Source: Chlamydiota bacterium (GTDB lineage Bacteria > Auribacterota > JACPWU01). From it: DNA of 32,000 nt. Position numbers and translations under genes: made by a program. Where the stretch lies: the NCBI GenBank assembly GCA_016196885.1, contig JACPWU010000022.1, positions 8,763-40,762 of the forward strand. The letters are read 5' to 3'. Shown here in pieces: positions 8,002-17,350 of this stretch (position 1 is the first letter of the stretch; every line of letters starts with the position of its first letter). The notes under the pieces are model-generated. The model saw only the letters and a list, made by a program, of their open reading frames with translations, was not told the DNA's origin and ran no database searches.

Positions 8002-8651
8002 ATGTTTTAACAGAGTTACAACAAAAGGCTCTTAGGGCTTTTTTCTCCGTTCCAGAACTGAAAAGGCATTTCTATCTGACAGGGGGAACCGCCCTTTCAG
8101 GATTTTATCTAATGCACCGATTCTCAGATGATCTGGACCTTTTTACACACTCGATTGAGATTGACGACATTGAAAGAATTGCAATAGATGCATGGAAAAA
8201 CTTTGGACTACATCCGGTGAAAGAAAGGGGCTCTCCTACTTATAGACGCTTTCTCCTGAACGATGGTTTACAAGTAGATCTGGTCAAAGATATTGATTTT
8301 AGAGTGGGAACCCCGCAACTGCATCAATCCTTTATGGTGGACAATCCCAAAAATATTGCAGTGAACAAAGTCACCGCGATTTACGGACGCTTTGAGCCCA
8401 AAGACTATGTTGGTCTGTATTTTTTAAAGGCTTATCTCTCATACAATATTTTGGAACTTCTCAAATTGGGCATGCAAAAAGATGGAGGACTTGAACCTTT
8501 TCACTGGGCAAGAATTATTAAAGATGTAGAAAACATCACCGTGCTTCCACGCATGTTGAAACCTTTGGAATTGACAGAGCTGAAAAAATTCTTCATGAAC
8601 TTTAGAGAAGAAATTATAGACAGCCTTAAACCCAAGAATTCAACATCCTAG
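7998..8651 (+). CDS. AbiEii/AbiGii-family nucleotidyltransferase (type IV toxin-like)
   Basis: N-terminal signature HFYLTGGTALSGFYLMHRFSDDLDLF (GGTAL...R.S.D.D). ATGA start/stop overlap with the upstream ORF at 7998-8001. Confidence 0.8.
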   Translation: MNVLTELQQKALRAFFSVPELKRHFYLTGGTALSGFYLMHRFSDDLDLFTHSIEIDDIERIAIDAWKNFGLHPVKERGSPTYRRFLLNDGLQVDLVKDIDFRVGTPQLHQSFMVDNPKNIAVNKVTAIYGRFEPKDYVGLYFLKAYLSYNILELLKLGMQKDGGLEPFHWARIIKDVENITVLPRMLKPLELTELKKFFMNFREEIIDSLKPKNSTS

Positions 8652-8760
8652 CGCCCGACCTTCATTCTGTCTGAAGCTTTACTGAAGGCAGAAATGTGGG
8701 TTAGTACCTCGTGGCAGCACATTACAAGGTCTTGCGGCATGATGCCTCATGAACCCCTGC

Positions 8761-9951
8761 TCAAAGATTAAAAATCCTTTTTAAACCCTCTTGCCAAGGA
8801 AGACAATGCACCTGTGCAATTTTTTGAGGCGTTGGATCCAAAGAAAGCCAATAGGCCTTCGCTTCCTTAAATGCCTCAACTTGTCGAGCGAATTTTTTCA
8901 CCCTGTGCTCATCCACCGTCTCACTCGATTTAATCTCAACTAAAATTTCCTCATTGGGTCTTGAAAGAATGAGATCCACTTCAACATCTCGCGTCCTAAA
9001 ATACGAAAGTCGAAAGTCTTTCATCAAGAGATCATTCAAACGAAAAATCTCCAAAATAACCCAATGCTCAAAAGCCTCTCCATAGGCTGAAGTTCTGGGA
9101 CTCAGAGGTACGTCCAGAACACCTGCCAGGACACGTTTCACACCCACGTCAAAAAAATAAAATTTAGGATGTGTCCGTTGGGCCTTTCGAACAGAACGGC
9201 TGTATCCAGACAAGAAAAATCCCAAGTGCGTATCTTCAAGAATCTGAAAATAAGATTGAAGAGTCTTGTGATCTGTTCCCACATCACGGGCAATCGCACT
9301 ATAATTCAACGGAGCCCCATTGCTCTGGGCAGCTACCTCCAAAAAGGAACGGAAGGGAGTCAGCCGTCTCACCAACTGCTCAAGTTGGATTTCTTCTTTC
9401 AGATAAGTCAGCGCGTAGGATCTTAGAAACAATGATTTGTCCTGAGAATTCTCGATCTCACTCAATTTCGGAAGCGTCCCCCAATGAAGAGCTTGGCTCA
9501 AGTCAAAACGCTTTCCCAATTCAAAAGAGCCCAGGGGATGGAGCGCATAGACAAAGGCACGACCCGCGAGCAAATTGGCTGCACCTCTCTTTAATTTCCT
9601 AGCGCTAGAACCCGTCAGAATAAACTTAAGATGAAGAGACTCTATGAGATGATGAACCACATCCAAAAGCCTGGGAACTTTTTGTACCTCATCAATAAAA
9701 ACCCACTCAAGCTCCTTCTTCTCTAAATGTTCTAACACCATCGCCTTAAGCCTCCCAGGGTGCCGAACATACAAATCCTCTACCTCTGGCAAGAGCAAGT
9801 CCAAGACCAAAATCTTCGACAGATCAACATCTTTCAAGAACTGATCTTTAACAAAGGTCGATTTCCCCGTCCCCCTAGCCCCAAAGAGGAAAAAACTCCC
9901 AGAGCGTGTTGGATTGATCAATCTTGGTATCATACTCCCAAATTGTGACAT
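8761..9951 (-). CDS. AAA+ ATPase with DUF4143-type C-terminal domain (COG1373-like)
   Basis: Walker A GARGTGKST, Walker B VFIDEVQ, C-terminal EVDLILSRPNEEILVEIKSS (D..E.K nuclease-like motif). Confidence 0.8.
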   Translation of the reverse strand: MSQFGSMIPRLINPTRSGSFFLFGARGTGKSTFVKDQFLKDVDLSKILVLDLLLPEVEDLYVRHPGRLKAMVLEHLEKKELEWVFIDEVQKVPRLLDVVHHLIESLHLKFILTGSSARKLKRGAANLLAGRAFVYALHPLGSFELGKRFDLSQALHWGTLPKLSEIENSQDKSLFLRSYALTYLKEEIQLEQLVRRLTPFRSFLEVAAQSNGAPLNYSAIARDVGTDHKTLQSYFQILEDTHLGFFLSGYSRSVRKAQRTHPKFYFFDVGVKRVLAGVLDVPLSPRTSAYGEAFEHWVILEIFRLNDLLMKDFRLSYFRTRDVEVDLILSRPNEEILVEIKSSETVDEHRVKKFARQVEAFKEAKAYWLSLDPTPQKIAQVHCLPWQEGLKRIFNL

Positions 9952-10091
9952 CTTTAGGGAGTATAGTCAATATTTTTGCTCCATCCTAAAAAACGCAAAC
10001 TTCTCGGGTCAGGTCTTGTAATCGCACATAAGCCATTTACGATTTATATTTACAACTACCTCCATTGAAATGAATTATAGAATATTTTACT

Positions 10092-10119
10092 CACGACTCA
10101 CCCCTCACGACGCACGACT
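10092..10119. repeat. Heptamer array H6
   Basis: CACGACT CACCCCT CACGACG CACGACT. On the sense strand it reads TAG TCGTGCG TCGTGAG GGGTGAG TCGTGAG TAA, starting at the oxidoreductase stop codon. Confidence 0.8.
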
Positions 10120-13100
10120 ATTTTCCACTGTTGATTTTGACACCCTCTATGGAAGCAGAAGAAGGTGTCAATCTCTTTGAATGGGGAGATGAAGTCCCCA
10201 AAAGCTCACTCACTTTGAGTTTGGCCTCATCCATTTTGGGATAGCGCACTTGGCGATAGCCTCGGACCTCTTCAGGGGTTTGAAGGGCCTGAACATAGAG
10301 ACGATAGGAGGCTTCTTCCTGAAAATCAAAATTGTCTACCAAGTCAGAATACCATTGTCGAAAATCTTTTTCTGCCTTGTGCCATTGGGGAAGGATCTTT
10401 CTCAAAAATTTCAAATGTTTCATAATATTGAGCTGCCAATTCTGGGTCACAATGTCAAATTCGATATTCCAGGGGCCTATTTTAAATTGTGGCCGATTGA
10501 TGTGGCGATAAATCAACCGATCTCCTGCATGATGGATGTTGTAGCGTTCCTCATCCCTCCTCTTCTTTTCCACACTCGTCAGTAAATGGGCCACATAAAC
10601 TTCGTCCTTGATTAACATCACCTTGGCCAAATTAAAAAGCGCTGCCTTTGTGGCTTGGTATTGCAGTTCCAACCGGTCTTTGTGATAGACAGAAAGAACT
10701 TTTTCTACATAATTTTTCGCATAAGCTACGTTTTCATATTGAATGAGATCGTAAACACGAAGGGCAAAATGACGCAAGGTCTCATCGTCTAAAACCAATT
10801 GTGTCAAGGCTCCCTGAACGATCTCCCGATAAACCTTGGAGCGGTAACTTCCCTGCCAACCCCGACCTAGAATTTTTTCTTTCTCTTCAAAAAGAGCTTG
10901 AAAACCTTTGGGCTGATTTTGCTTCTCAAAAAATTCTCTCGAAAGAACCATGCGCCGACCTACATTAAAAGCCAAAATATTTCTCTTCAAATCGCTGTGA
11001 ATGGTATCTTGAATCGCCCCCAAAATACTTTCCAGACTCAAAGGGAGTAACCCCTTTTGAAAGGCCGCACCCAGCATCACCAAATTGACGTAGAGCTTAG
11101 ATCCCAAGTATTTTTCTGAAACGTCCGAGAAATCAAAACCGTCATAATAATCCTTGCGCGTGTATTTCTTCAGCAACCCTTCTAATTCGTCAAGTGAAAA
11201 ATGGTCCAGGCCCATGAGACTTCGAATGGTGGGCGTTTTGTATAAATTAACAAAGGCCACGGTCCGGTCCGGACTTCCCATGCGTAAATGCATTCGAGAA
11301 TCCAAGGCCCGAACGGCCTCCAAGGCGTCTAATCCCCAGAGCAAATCGGCCTTTCCATTGGGAATCACTTGAGAAACAGGCAAAGGTCCCTTGAGAAAAC
11401 TGATTTCGGAATAGACCCCTCCGTTGCGAATCGCTAAACCCTTCTTGTCGCAGAAAAGGACGTGATAACCTTCCTTCATCCCGGCATGAACCAAGATAGA
11501 AGTGAGAACCCCAATTCCCATTCCTCCCACGCCCGCAACATAAGTGTGCCACTGGTCCTTGATTTTCCAATAGACGGGTGAAGAAAAATGATCCAGATCC
11601 AATTTTTTCAAACGATCTTCCGGTTTCCCCGATCGCTTCACAATCACCTTTTCAAAAGAGGGGCAGACCTTGACCTTGGTGCAAGCGGTATCTGCCACAC
11701 AAGTGGAAAGATCCGTCACAATTTTGGGACCGTAATCCGTCTCCTCCACCGTGAGTCCGGGACATCCTGTAGATTTCGTACACTCCAAACAATATTCGCA
11801 AACTTGAGGTGTGATATTGACAAATTCTTCCCTAGGCAAATACCCCTTCTCCCGAATGGTCCGACCCTTCTCTCGACGAACCCGGCGGTGATAGGTAATA
11901 CCGCATTCTTTATCCGCAATTAGAACCTTGACACCGTCCTGTAAAATGGTCTCTTCCAAAATGTCCCGATACTGCGTCCGATAAGCCGGATTAACCCGCA
12001 TCACTGGAATGGTGCCATCATGCGTCATCCCCTTCAAAACATGCTCGATGTCCTGGGCAAAGGTAGGACGGCCTAAAATATCGGTATCAGACTCAGGCGT
12101 GGGCTGATGACCCGTCATGGCCGTGGTTTTATTATCCAAAATAATGTAGGTGATATCTTGATGATTCTTGACCGAATCAGAAATGGCCGCCATACCGCTG
12201 TGAAAAAAGGTGGAGTCTCCCATGAACACCACTTGCTTATTCACAATAAAAGGATCAATGCCTGCCCCTGTTCCCCCGCCCAGACCCATGCCAGAATAAT
12301 TGTGCATCAATTCTTGATTGGGCTCGAACATCAACATGGTATAACAGCCGGTATCCCCATGAAAAAGCAAGTCCACGGGATTTGTTTCATGACGAGCTTT
12401 CATGTATTTGGGATCCCGAAAATCTTTCTTAATTTCGATCAGCACACTAGAAGAATCGCGGTGGGGACATCCCGGACAAAAAGTCGGCGTGCGAAGAGGT
12501 ATTTCAGCAGAAAAATTTCCTACCGCTTCAATCAAGGCCAATTCACTTTTGATCCTTGCCTTATTCATTCCCTCAACAGGAAATCGCAAAAAGAGCGGGC
12601 CCAAATGTTCTATCAAAATAGAGGGATTGAGCCCACGTGTGGCTGGAATGCCAGAAAGTCCTTCCGGAAAAGATTTTCCCCAGATTTTCGGTGAAATCCA
12701 ATTGGAATGCCTTTGAGAAGCATCCTTCAAAAGAGAAGTGATTTGCTCTTCAATAAATCCTCTCTTCTCTTCAATCACAATAATGTTTTTCACCTGATTG
12801 GCAAAATCCAAAACCAATTCTGGATCCAGAGGATACGTAATCCCTAATTTTAAAATGGGAAAATGCGCCTGAAGCCCCATTTCCAAAAGCGCATGTTCCA
12901 AATAGCTGTACGCGAGACCCGAACTGACGAATCCAAAATCGCTCAGGCCTTGAGCAGGATAATGAATGACATTCACCCTTTTTTCGCGACATAAACGATG
13001 AAGCTCTCTAAAGCGCCCCTCTAAATCTTCTTCTCGACGTGCAGTTCGGGGCGGCAAAAGAACCGTATCGGCCACCGGAATTTTTCGCGTGTCTAATTCC

Positions 13101-13708
13101 ACTTTGTGATGAAGGTTAATGCGAGGATACTGGTTCGGATAAACCTCGACCATGCCTCCTCCATCCGCTTGATTGGTCGTGACAAGATAAAGAATATAGA
13201 GGTTGGAATCCCGAGACAGTTCAAACGCCCATCTCACCCAGTCTTTTAATTCCTGAAAAGAACTGGGCTCCATCACGGGAACTTGAAGATGCCGAGAAAT
13301 AAATCGGGTATCGGCTGGCACCTGTGTGCTGTCGGTCCAAGGGTCATCGCCTACGACCACAATAGCCCCGCCTTTTTTCCCAAATTTAGAAAGATTTCCC
13401 AGGGCCAAACCGTCTGAGGCCACATGCGCCCCGACGCTTTTCATCACGGCCATGGCGCGAATGTCTTCCATCTGGGACCCATTCAGGCGGGCTACGCTCA
13501 AGGCCTCATTGTTGGCGAGCTGGGCCAAAATCCCATGCTCCAGCAAAAGCTCCTTGATGCTGGAGGCCACATCAAAAACGTCCGCTACAGGTGACCCCGG
13601 ATAACCCGTCATCAGGCTCACCCCAGCCTCCAAGGCCCCTTTCACAAGAAGCTCATTGCCGTTAAAAACCTCTAGCCCTTCTGATTTCGTAAAACGCTTG
13701 TCCATCAT
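10118..13708 (-). CDS. Indolepyruvate/2-oxoacid:ferredoxin oxidoreductase, fused alpha-beta form
   Basis: 1196 aa. N-terminal GNELLVKGALEAGVSLMTGYPGSPV, CPGCPHR, TPP-binding GDSTFFHSG, and Cys clusters CEYCLECTKSTGCPG / CTKVKVCP. Confidence 0.85.
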   Translation of the reverse strand: MMDKRFTKSEGLEVFNGNELLVKGALEAGVSLMTGYPGSPVADVFDVASSIKELLLEHGILAQLANNEALSVARLNGSQMEDIRAMAVMKSVGAHVASDGLALGNLSKFGKKGGAIVVVGDDPWTDSTQVPADTRFISRHLQVPVMEPSSFQELKDWVRWAFELSRDSNLYILYLVTTNQADGGGMVEVYPNQYPRINLHHKVELDTRKIPVADTVLLPPRTARREEDLEGRFRELHRLCREKRVNVIHYPAQGLSDFGFVSSGLAYSYLEHALLEMGLQAHFPILKLGITYPLDPELVLDFANQVKNIIVIEEKRGFIEEQITSLLKDASQRHSNWISPKIWGKSFPEGLSGIPATRGLNPSILIEHLGPLFLRFPVEGMNKARIKSELALIEAVGNFSAEIPLRTPTFCPGCPHRDSSSVLIEIKKDFRDPKYMKARHETNPVDLLFHGDTGCYTMLMFEPNQELMHNYSGMGLGGGTGAGIDPFIVNKQVVFMGDSTFFHSGMAAISDSVKNHQDITYIILDNKTTAMTGHQPTPESDTDILGRPTFAQDIEHVLKGMTHDGTIPVMRVNPAYRTQYRDILEETILQDGVKVLIADKECGITYHRRVRREKGRTIREKGYLPREEFVNITPQVCEYCLECTKSTGCPGLTVEETDYGPKIVTDLSTCVADTACTKVKVCPSFEKVIVKRSGKPEDRLKKLDLDHFSSPVYWKIKDQWHTYVAGVGGMGIGVLTSILVHAGMKEGYHVLFCDKKGLAIRNGGVYSEISFLKGPLPVSQVIPNGKADLLWGLDALEAVRALDSRMHLRMGSPDRTVAFVNLYKTPTIRSLMGLDHFSLDELEGLLKKYTRKDYYDGFDFSDVSEKYLGSKLYVNLVMLGAAFQKGLLPLSLESILGAIQDTIHSDLKRNILAFNVGRRMVLSREFFEKQNQPKGFQALFEEKEKILGRGWQGSYRSKVYREIVQGALTQLVLDDETLRHFALRVYDLIQYENVAYAKNYVEKVLSVYHKDRLELQYQATKAALFNLAKVMLIKDEVYVAHLLTSVEKKRRDEERYNIHHAGDRLIYRHINRPQFKIGPWNIEFDIVTQNWQLNIMKHLKFLRKILPQWHKAEKDFRQWYSDLVDNFDFQEEASYRLYVQALQTPEEVRGYRQVRYPKMDEAKLKVSELLGTSSPHSKRLTPSSASIEGVKINSGK

Positions 13709-13784
13709 TTTTTACTCGTCGTTAGCCCGCATTTCATCTGAAAATAGTCTTTAGTTATTCTTATACAATAAGTTATGATGACTT

Positions 13785-13829
13785 GTAGTCGCCCGATTCA
13801 TCGGGCAGCCCCATAAATGGGGCGACTAC
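13785..13829. repeat. REP-like compound palindrome copy B
   Basis: GTAGTCGCCCGATTCATCGGGCAGCCCCATAAATGGGGCGACTAC, the exact reverse complement of core A. It sits inside a larger segment bounded by imperfect inverted repeats CCCGCATTTCATC (13727-13739) and GATGAGAAATGCGG (13918-13931). Confidence 0.85.
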
Positions 13830-13933
13830 AAGGGTGATTTTCATCCCCCTTTGTGACTGAAAGGATCCCCGATAAAAACACTCGGGGATGACAAGCTGTA
13901 GGCATTTTGAGCTCGTGATGAGAAATGCGGTTT

Positions 13934-13961
13934 AGTCGCTCGTCATTCGTATTTCGTACAG
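13934..13961. repeat. Heptamer array H5
   Basis: AGTCGCT CGTCATT CGTATTT CGTACAG, about 40 nt downstream of the nadK stop. Confidence 0.7.
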
Positions 13962-14000
13962 ATTGCAACCCAATATCCATTATACAGTATTTTACGGGTA

Positions 14001-14870
14001 TTAGGATGGTTTCGTAACAGTTCCACGCCAACCCAATTTCTCTCGAAGAATTTCAAAATAGCAATTTTTCAGTCGAATCAAAGGAATGGTCCTTGCGCCC
14101 TCTTTGATCTCGACCGCATCCCCTTCCTTTAAATCAAGCCCGAGCTGGCCATCCAAGGTGAGACCCACTCCCTGGGAGCTCGAGGTCAATTGAACACGAA
14201 CAGTCTGGTCATGAGAAAGGACCAAAGGACGGTTCGAGAGCGTGTGAGGGCAAATAGGTGTGATGAGCATCACCTGACAATGAGGAACCACGATAGGTCC
14301 ACCGCCTGAAAGGGAATGGGCCGTAGAGCCCGTTGGCGTCGCAACAATCAAACCGTCCGAACGATAAGTGGTCAAATATTCTTCATCCACAAAAACATCC
14401 AGGCTGAGCATCCGAGAAAGGGCCCCCTTGGTAATCACCGCATCATTCAGAGCCTCGTAAGACCGCTCCTTCCCCCCTTTTCGAAGGCGGCGAATTTGCA
14501 GCGTCTCCCGTTCATCTATTTCAAAATCACTTTTTAGAATTTTCCCGAAGCCCTTCAAAAATTCTGCTGCTGAAAATTCCGTCAAAAAACCCAAGCCACC
14601 TAAATTCACACCCAAGACAGGCAAATTCGGCCGAGAGACACGCTTCACTGCCTGAAGCAAAGTTCCATCCCCCCCCAAGGCCACCAAAATATCGGCCTCG
14701 CGGGTCAACTGGGTATCCGTTCGATAAAGATCCTTTCGCGCCAAAGACAAGGCCAAAAAGCGATCCAAAAAGATCATCACGTCTTTCTTACGAGAGATTT
14801 TCTTGAGCAGTTTCCCCACCACTCGAGGGGCATGAATTTTATGGGGGTTTGAAAGAATGGCAATTTTCAT
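14001..14870 (-). CDS. nadK: NAD+ kinase
   Basis: GGDGTLL motif, NDAVI, TPTGSTAHSLSGGGP. Confidence 0.9.
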   Translation of the reverse strand: MKIAILSNPHKIHAPRVVGKLLKKISRKKDVMIFLDRFLALSLARKDLYRTDTQLTREADILVALGGDGTLLQAVKRVSRPNLPVLGVNLGGLGFLTEFSAAEFLKGFGKILKSDFEIDERETLQIRRLRKGGKERSYEALNDAVITKGALSRMLSLDVFVDEEYLTTYRSDGLIVATPTGSTAHSLSGGGPIVVPHCQVMLITPICPHTLSNRPLVLSHDQTVRVQLTSSSQGVGLTLDGQLGLDLKEGDAVEIKEGARTIPLIRLKNCYFEILREKLGWRGTVTKPS

Positions 14871-14937
14871 ATTAAAAGGCTATCAAAGTCAGGGCTATTT
14901 TGCTATCTTTAGTCAAAGATCATAAAAAGGAAATACC

Positions 14938-15420
14938 ATGGACCCCATTTTAGAAATTTTAGAGAAAGACGCTCGGCTCAAGCCAGAAGAAATCGCCAAA
15001 ATGGTCAAAAGAAATGTAGTCGAGATTAAAAAACTCATCCAAAAATATGAGAAGGAACGGGTGATTTTACGCTACAAAACCGTTCTGAATAAAGAGCTTT
15101 TAAGAAATTCCAGCGAGGTGAGGGCCTTGATCGAAGTCAAGGTCACCCCCCAAAGAGACGTTGGCTTTGATGCCATTGCCACGCGTATTTATCAATTTCC
15201 GGAGGTGAGAAGCTGCTACCTCATGTCCGGCGGCTACGATCTTCTCGTCACAGTCGAAGGGAAAGACCTTCAATCGGTAGCCTCCTTTGTTTCTGAAAAA
15301 TTGTCCACCCTGGAGAATGTGCATGGAACGGTCACCCATTTTCTCTTAAAAAAATACAAAGAGGACGGAGACATTCTGCGCTCACGGGAAGAAGATAAAC
15401 GGATTGCCATTTCATTTTAG
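14938..15420 (+). CDS. Lrp/AsnC-family transcriptional regulator
   Basis: N-terminal wHTH (ILEKDARLKPEEIAKMV) followed by a RAM-like domain (ALIEVKV...YDLLVTVEG). Confidence 0.8.
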   Translation: MDPILEILEKDARLKPEEIAKMVKRNVVEIKKLIQKYEKERVILRYKTVLNKELLRNSSEVRALIEVKVTPQRDVGFDAIATRIYQFPEVRSCYLMSGGYDLLVTVEGKDLQSVASFVSEKLSTLENVHGTVTHFLLKKYKEDGDILRSREEDKRIAISF

Positions 15421-15497
15421 CGTACAGCGTACAGCGTATAGCGTTTAGCGTACAGGAAAAACAAAACTTCTTTTTGCTGTACGCTATCTGCTAAACG
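15414..15497. repeat. Heptamer array H2 with partial inverted arm
   Basis: ATTTTAG CGTACAG CGTACAG CGTATAG CGTTTAG CGTACAG (15414-15455), a 21-nt A/T-rich loop, then CTGTACG CTATCTG CTAAACG (15477-15497). The regulator stop TAG (15418-15420) is in phase with the array. Confidence 0.85.
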
Positions 15498-15511
15498 CCA
15501 AAAAGAACGAT

Positions 15512-16678
15512 GTGAAAAACGACTTAAATCAATATCTTAACAAGCAAGTCCAGGCCCTTCCCCCTTCCGGCATCCGAGCGTTTTTCGAGCTGGTCATTGG
15601 GATGAAAGACATCATTTCTCTGGGCGTTGGGGAACCTGATTTCGACACCCCGTGGGCCATTCGTGAATCTGCCATTTATTCGATTGAACATGGCCATACC
15701 ACCTACACCTCTAACAAAGGGCTTTTGCAATTAAGAAACGAGATCGCAAAATATCTCCGGGGAAAATTCAAGTTGGATTATGACCCTGAAAATGAAATCC
15801 TCATCACGGTAGGGGTGAGCGAGGCTATGGATTTGGCTGTGCGAGCCCTTCTCAATCCCCGCGACACCGTCCTCATTCCGGAACCTTGCTATGTCTCTTA
15901 TTCTCCCATTGTTTCTTTAGCCGGGGGAAATCCTCAATATCTTTCCACGCGAAAAGAAGAAAAGTTTAAGCTGCGCCTGCAAGACCTCGAAAAAATAAAA
16001 GGCGCCAAACCCAAGGTACTGATTTTAAATTATCCCTCTAATCCGACAGGCACTTCTTATTCTAAAAAGGAATTAGAGGCCATTGCAAAAACGATTCACA
16101 AAATGAATCTCTTTGTCATCAGCGATGAAATTTATTCGGATCTCTCTTATGAAACACCGCACACGGCCTTCGCGAGCCTTCCTCAAATGAAAGACAGAAC
16201 GCTTCTCGTGAATGGATTCTCAAAAGGTTATGCCATGACGGGCTGGCGTATCGGATATGCTGCTGGGCCTCGTCCCCTCCTAGACGCCATGACCAAAATC
16301 CATCAATATACGATCATGTGCGCTCCCATCATGGGACAATGGGCCGCTTGTGAAGCCCTCAAAAATGGGGAAACCGCCATTTCAAACATGCGCAAGGAAT
16401 ACGAACGGCGAAGAAATTTTATCGTAGACGGCCTCAACAAAATAGGCCTTGAATGCCACCACCCGGAAGGCGCCTTTTACGCGTTTCCCTCTATTCAAAA
16501 AACAGGGATGGATTCAATGAACTTCGCAAAAAAATTGCTCGAAAAAGAAAAGGTCGCTGTGGTGCCTGGAACTGCCTTTGGTCCCTCCGGAGAAGGCTTT
16601 GTCCGTCTTTCCTATGCAACCGGAATGGATAAGATTAAAGAAGCGCTTTTAAGAATGAGAAGATTTATTAAGAGTTAA
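15512..16678 (+). CDS. Class I/II PLP-dependent aminotransferase
   Basis: PPSGIRAFFE, LGVGEPDFDTP, NYPSNPTG, FSKGYAMTGWRIGY (PLP lysine). GTG start. The 3' end overlaps convergent tonB by 30 nt. Confidence 0.85.
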   Translation: MKNDLNQYLNKQVQALPPSGIRAFFELVIGMKDIISLGVGEPDFDTPWAIRESAIYSIEHGHTTYTSNKGLLQLRNEIAKYLRGKFKLDYDPENEILITVGVSEAMDLAVRALLNPRDTVLIPEPCYVSYSPIVSLAGGNPQYLSTRKEEKFKLRLQDLEKIKGAKPKVLILNYPSNPTGTSYSKKELEAIAKTIHKMNLFVISDEIYSDLSYETPHTAFASLPQMKDRTLLVNGFSKGYAMTGWRIGYAAGPRPLLDAMTKIHQYTIMCAPIMGQWAACEALKNGETAISNMRKEYERRRNFIVDGLNKIGLECHHPEGAFYAFPSIQKTGMDSMNFAKKLLEKEKVAVVPGTAFGPSGEGFVRLSYATGMDKIKEALLRMRRFIKS

Positions 16679-17341
16679 GATGCCAGATGATGCTTCATAA
16701 CTCCCCCCACCCCTCAAAACAAACTTCACAGGAACTTCCAGAACCCTTGATAAACCTCGTGAAAATTTCCATTCCTGAATCGTATGAAGAGCAGACGCAT
16801 CCAATATTTCACGCCCAGAAGATTGAGAAACTGAAACACTCGAAACTTGACCCTCTTCATTCACGGCCACCTTCAACAAAACCTCTCCCTCCCATCCCTT
16901 TAAAAGAGCCATTCGCGGATAAGGAGGGACCGGATTTCCAGAAATGCCACTATCTGTGTCAGGAACCCCCAGGGTTTGAGAAGAAGGAATATTCAAAGAG
17001 GAAGTGGCGGCGGGTTGAGACGAACTCCTGTTTGTGTCATCCCGAGGAACATCGCAACGAGGGATCCTTTTCCTAGAATTAAAAGGCAAGATTTCTCCTC
17101 CGATTTCGATCGGGGTCGAAATGACAGCGGAATCCACCTTGTTTGAATCTGCTGTCACTTTCTTTTCAATATTCTTCTCAACCCCCTCCCTCCCCACACT
17201 TACAATCTCAACCTCAACGCTTCCCATCCCTCTTTGGACAGAAAATGGCTTCTCCCCAAAATCATGTAGGAATAGCCCCCACGCTGTCAAACCTAGACCC
17301 GCATGCAGAAAGGTTGAAAGGGCTAAAAAGAATGGTTTCAT
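16649..17341 (-). CDS. tonB: Energy transducer TonB
   Basis: N-terminal TM anchor (MKPFFLALSTFLHAGLGL), a linker, and the C-terminal TonB domain PVPPYPRMALLKGWEGEVLLKVAVNEEGQV...ALHTIQEWKF. Confidence 0.8.
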   Translation of the reverse strand: MKPFFLALSTFLHAGLGLTAWGLFLHDFGEKPFSVQRGMGSVEVEIVSVGREGVEKNIEKKVTADSNKVDSAVISTPIEIGGEILPFNSRKRIPRCDVPRDDTNRSSSQPAATSSLNIPSSQTLGVPDTDSGISGNPVPPYPRMALLKGWEGEVLLKVAVNEEGQVSSVSVSQSSGREILDASALHTIQEWKFSRGLSRVLEVPVKFVLRGGGSYEASSGILTLNKSSHS

Positions 17342-17350
17342 CTTTAAAAC

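Noticed and set aside
10040-10053. 14-mer CGATTTATATTTAC shared with 28641-28654
   Set aside because: In 2 x 32 kb of AT-rich sequence a few identical 14-mers are expected by chance, and there is no extended similarity around them.
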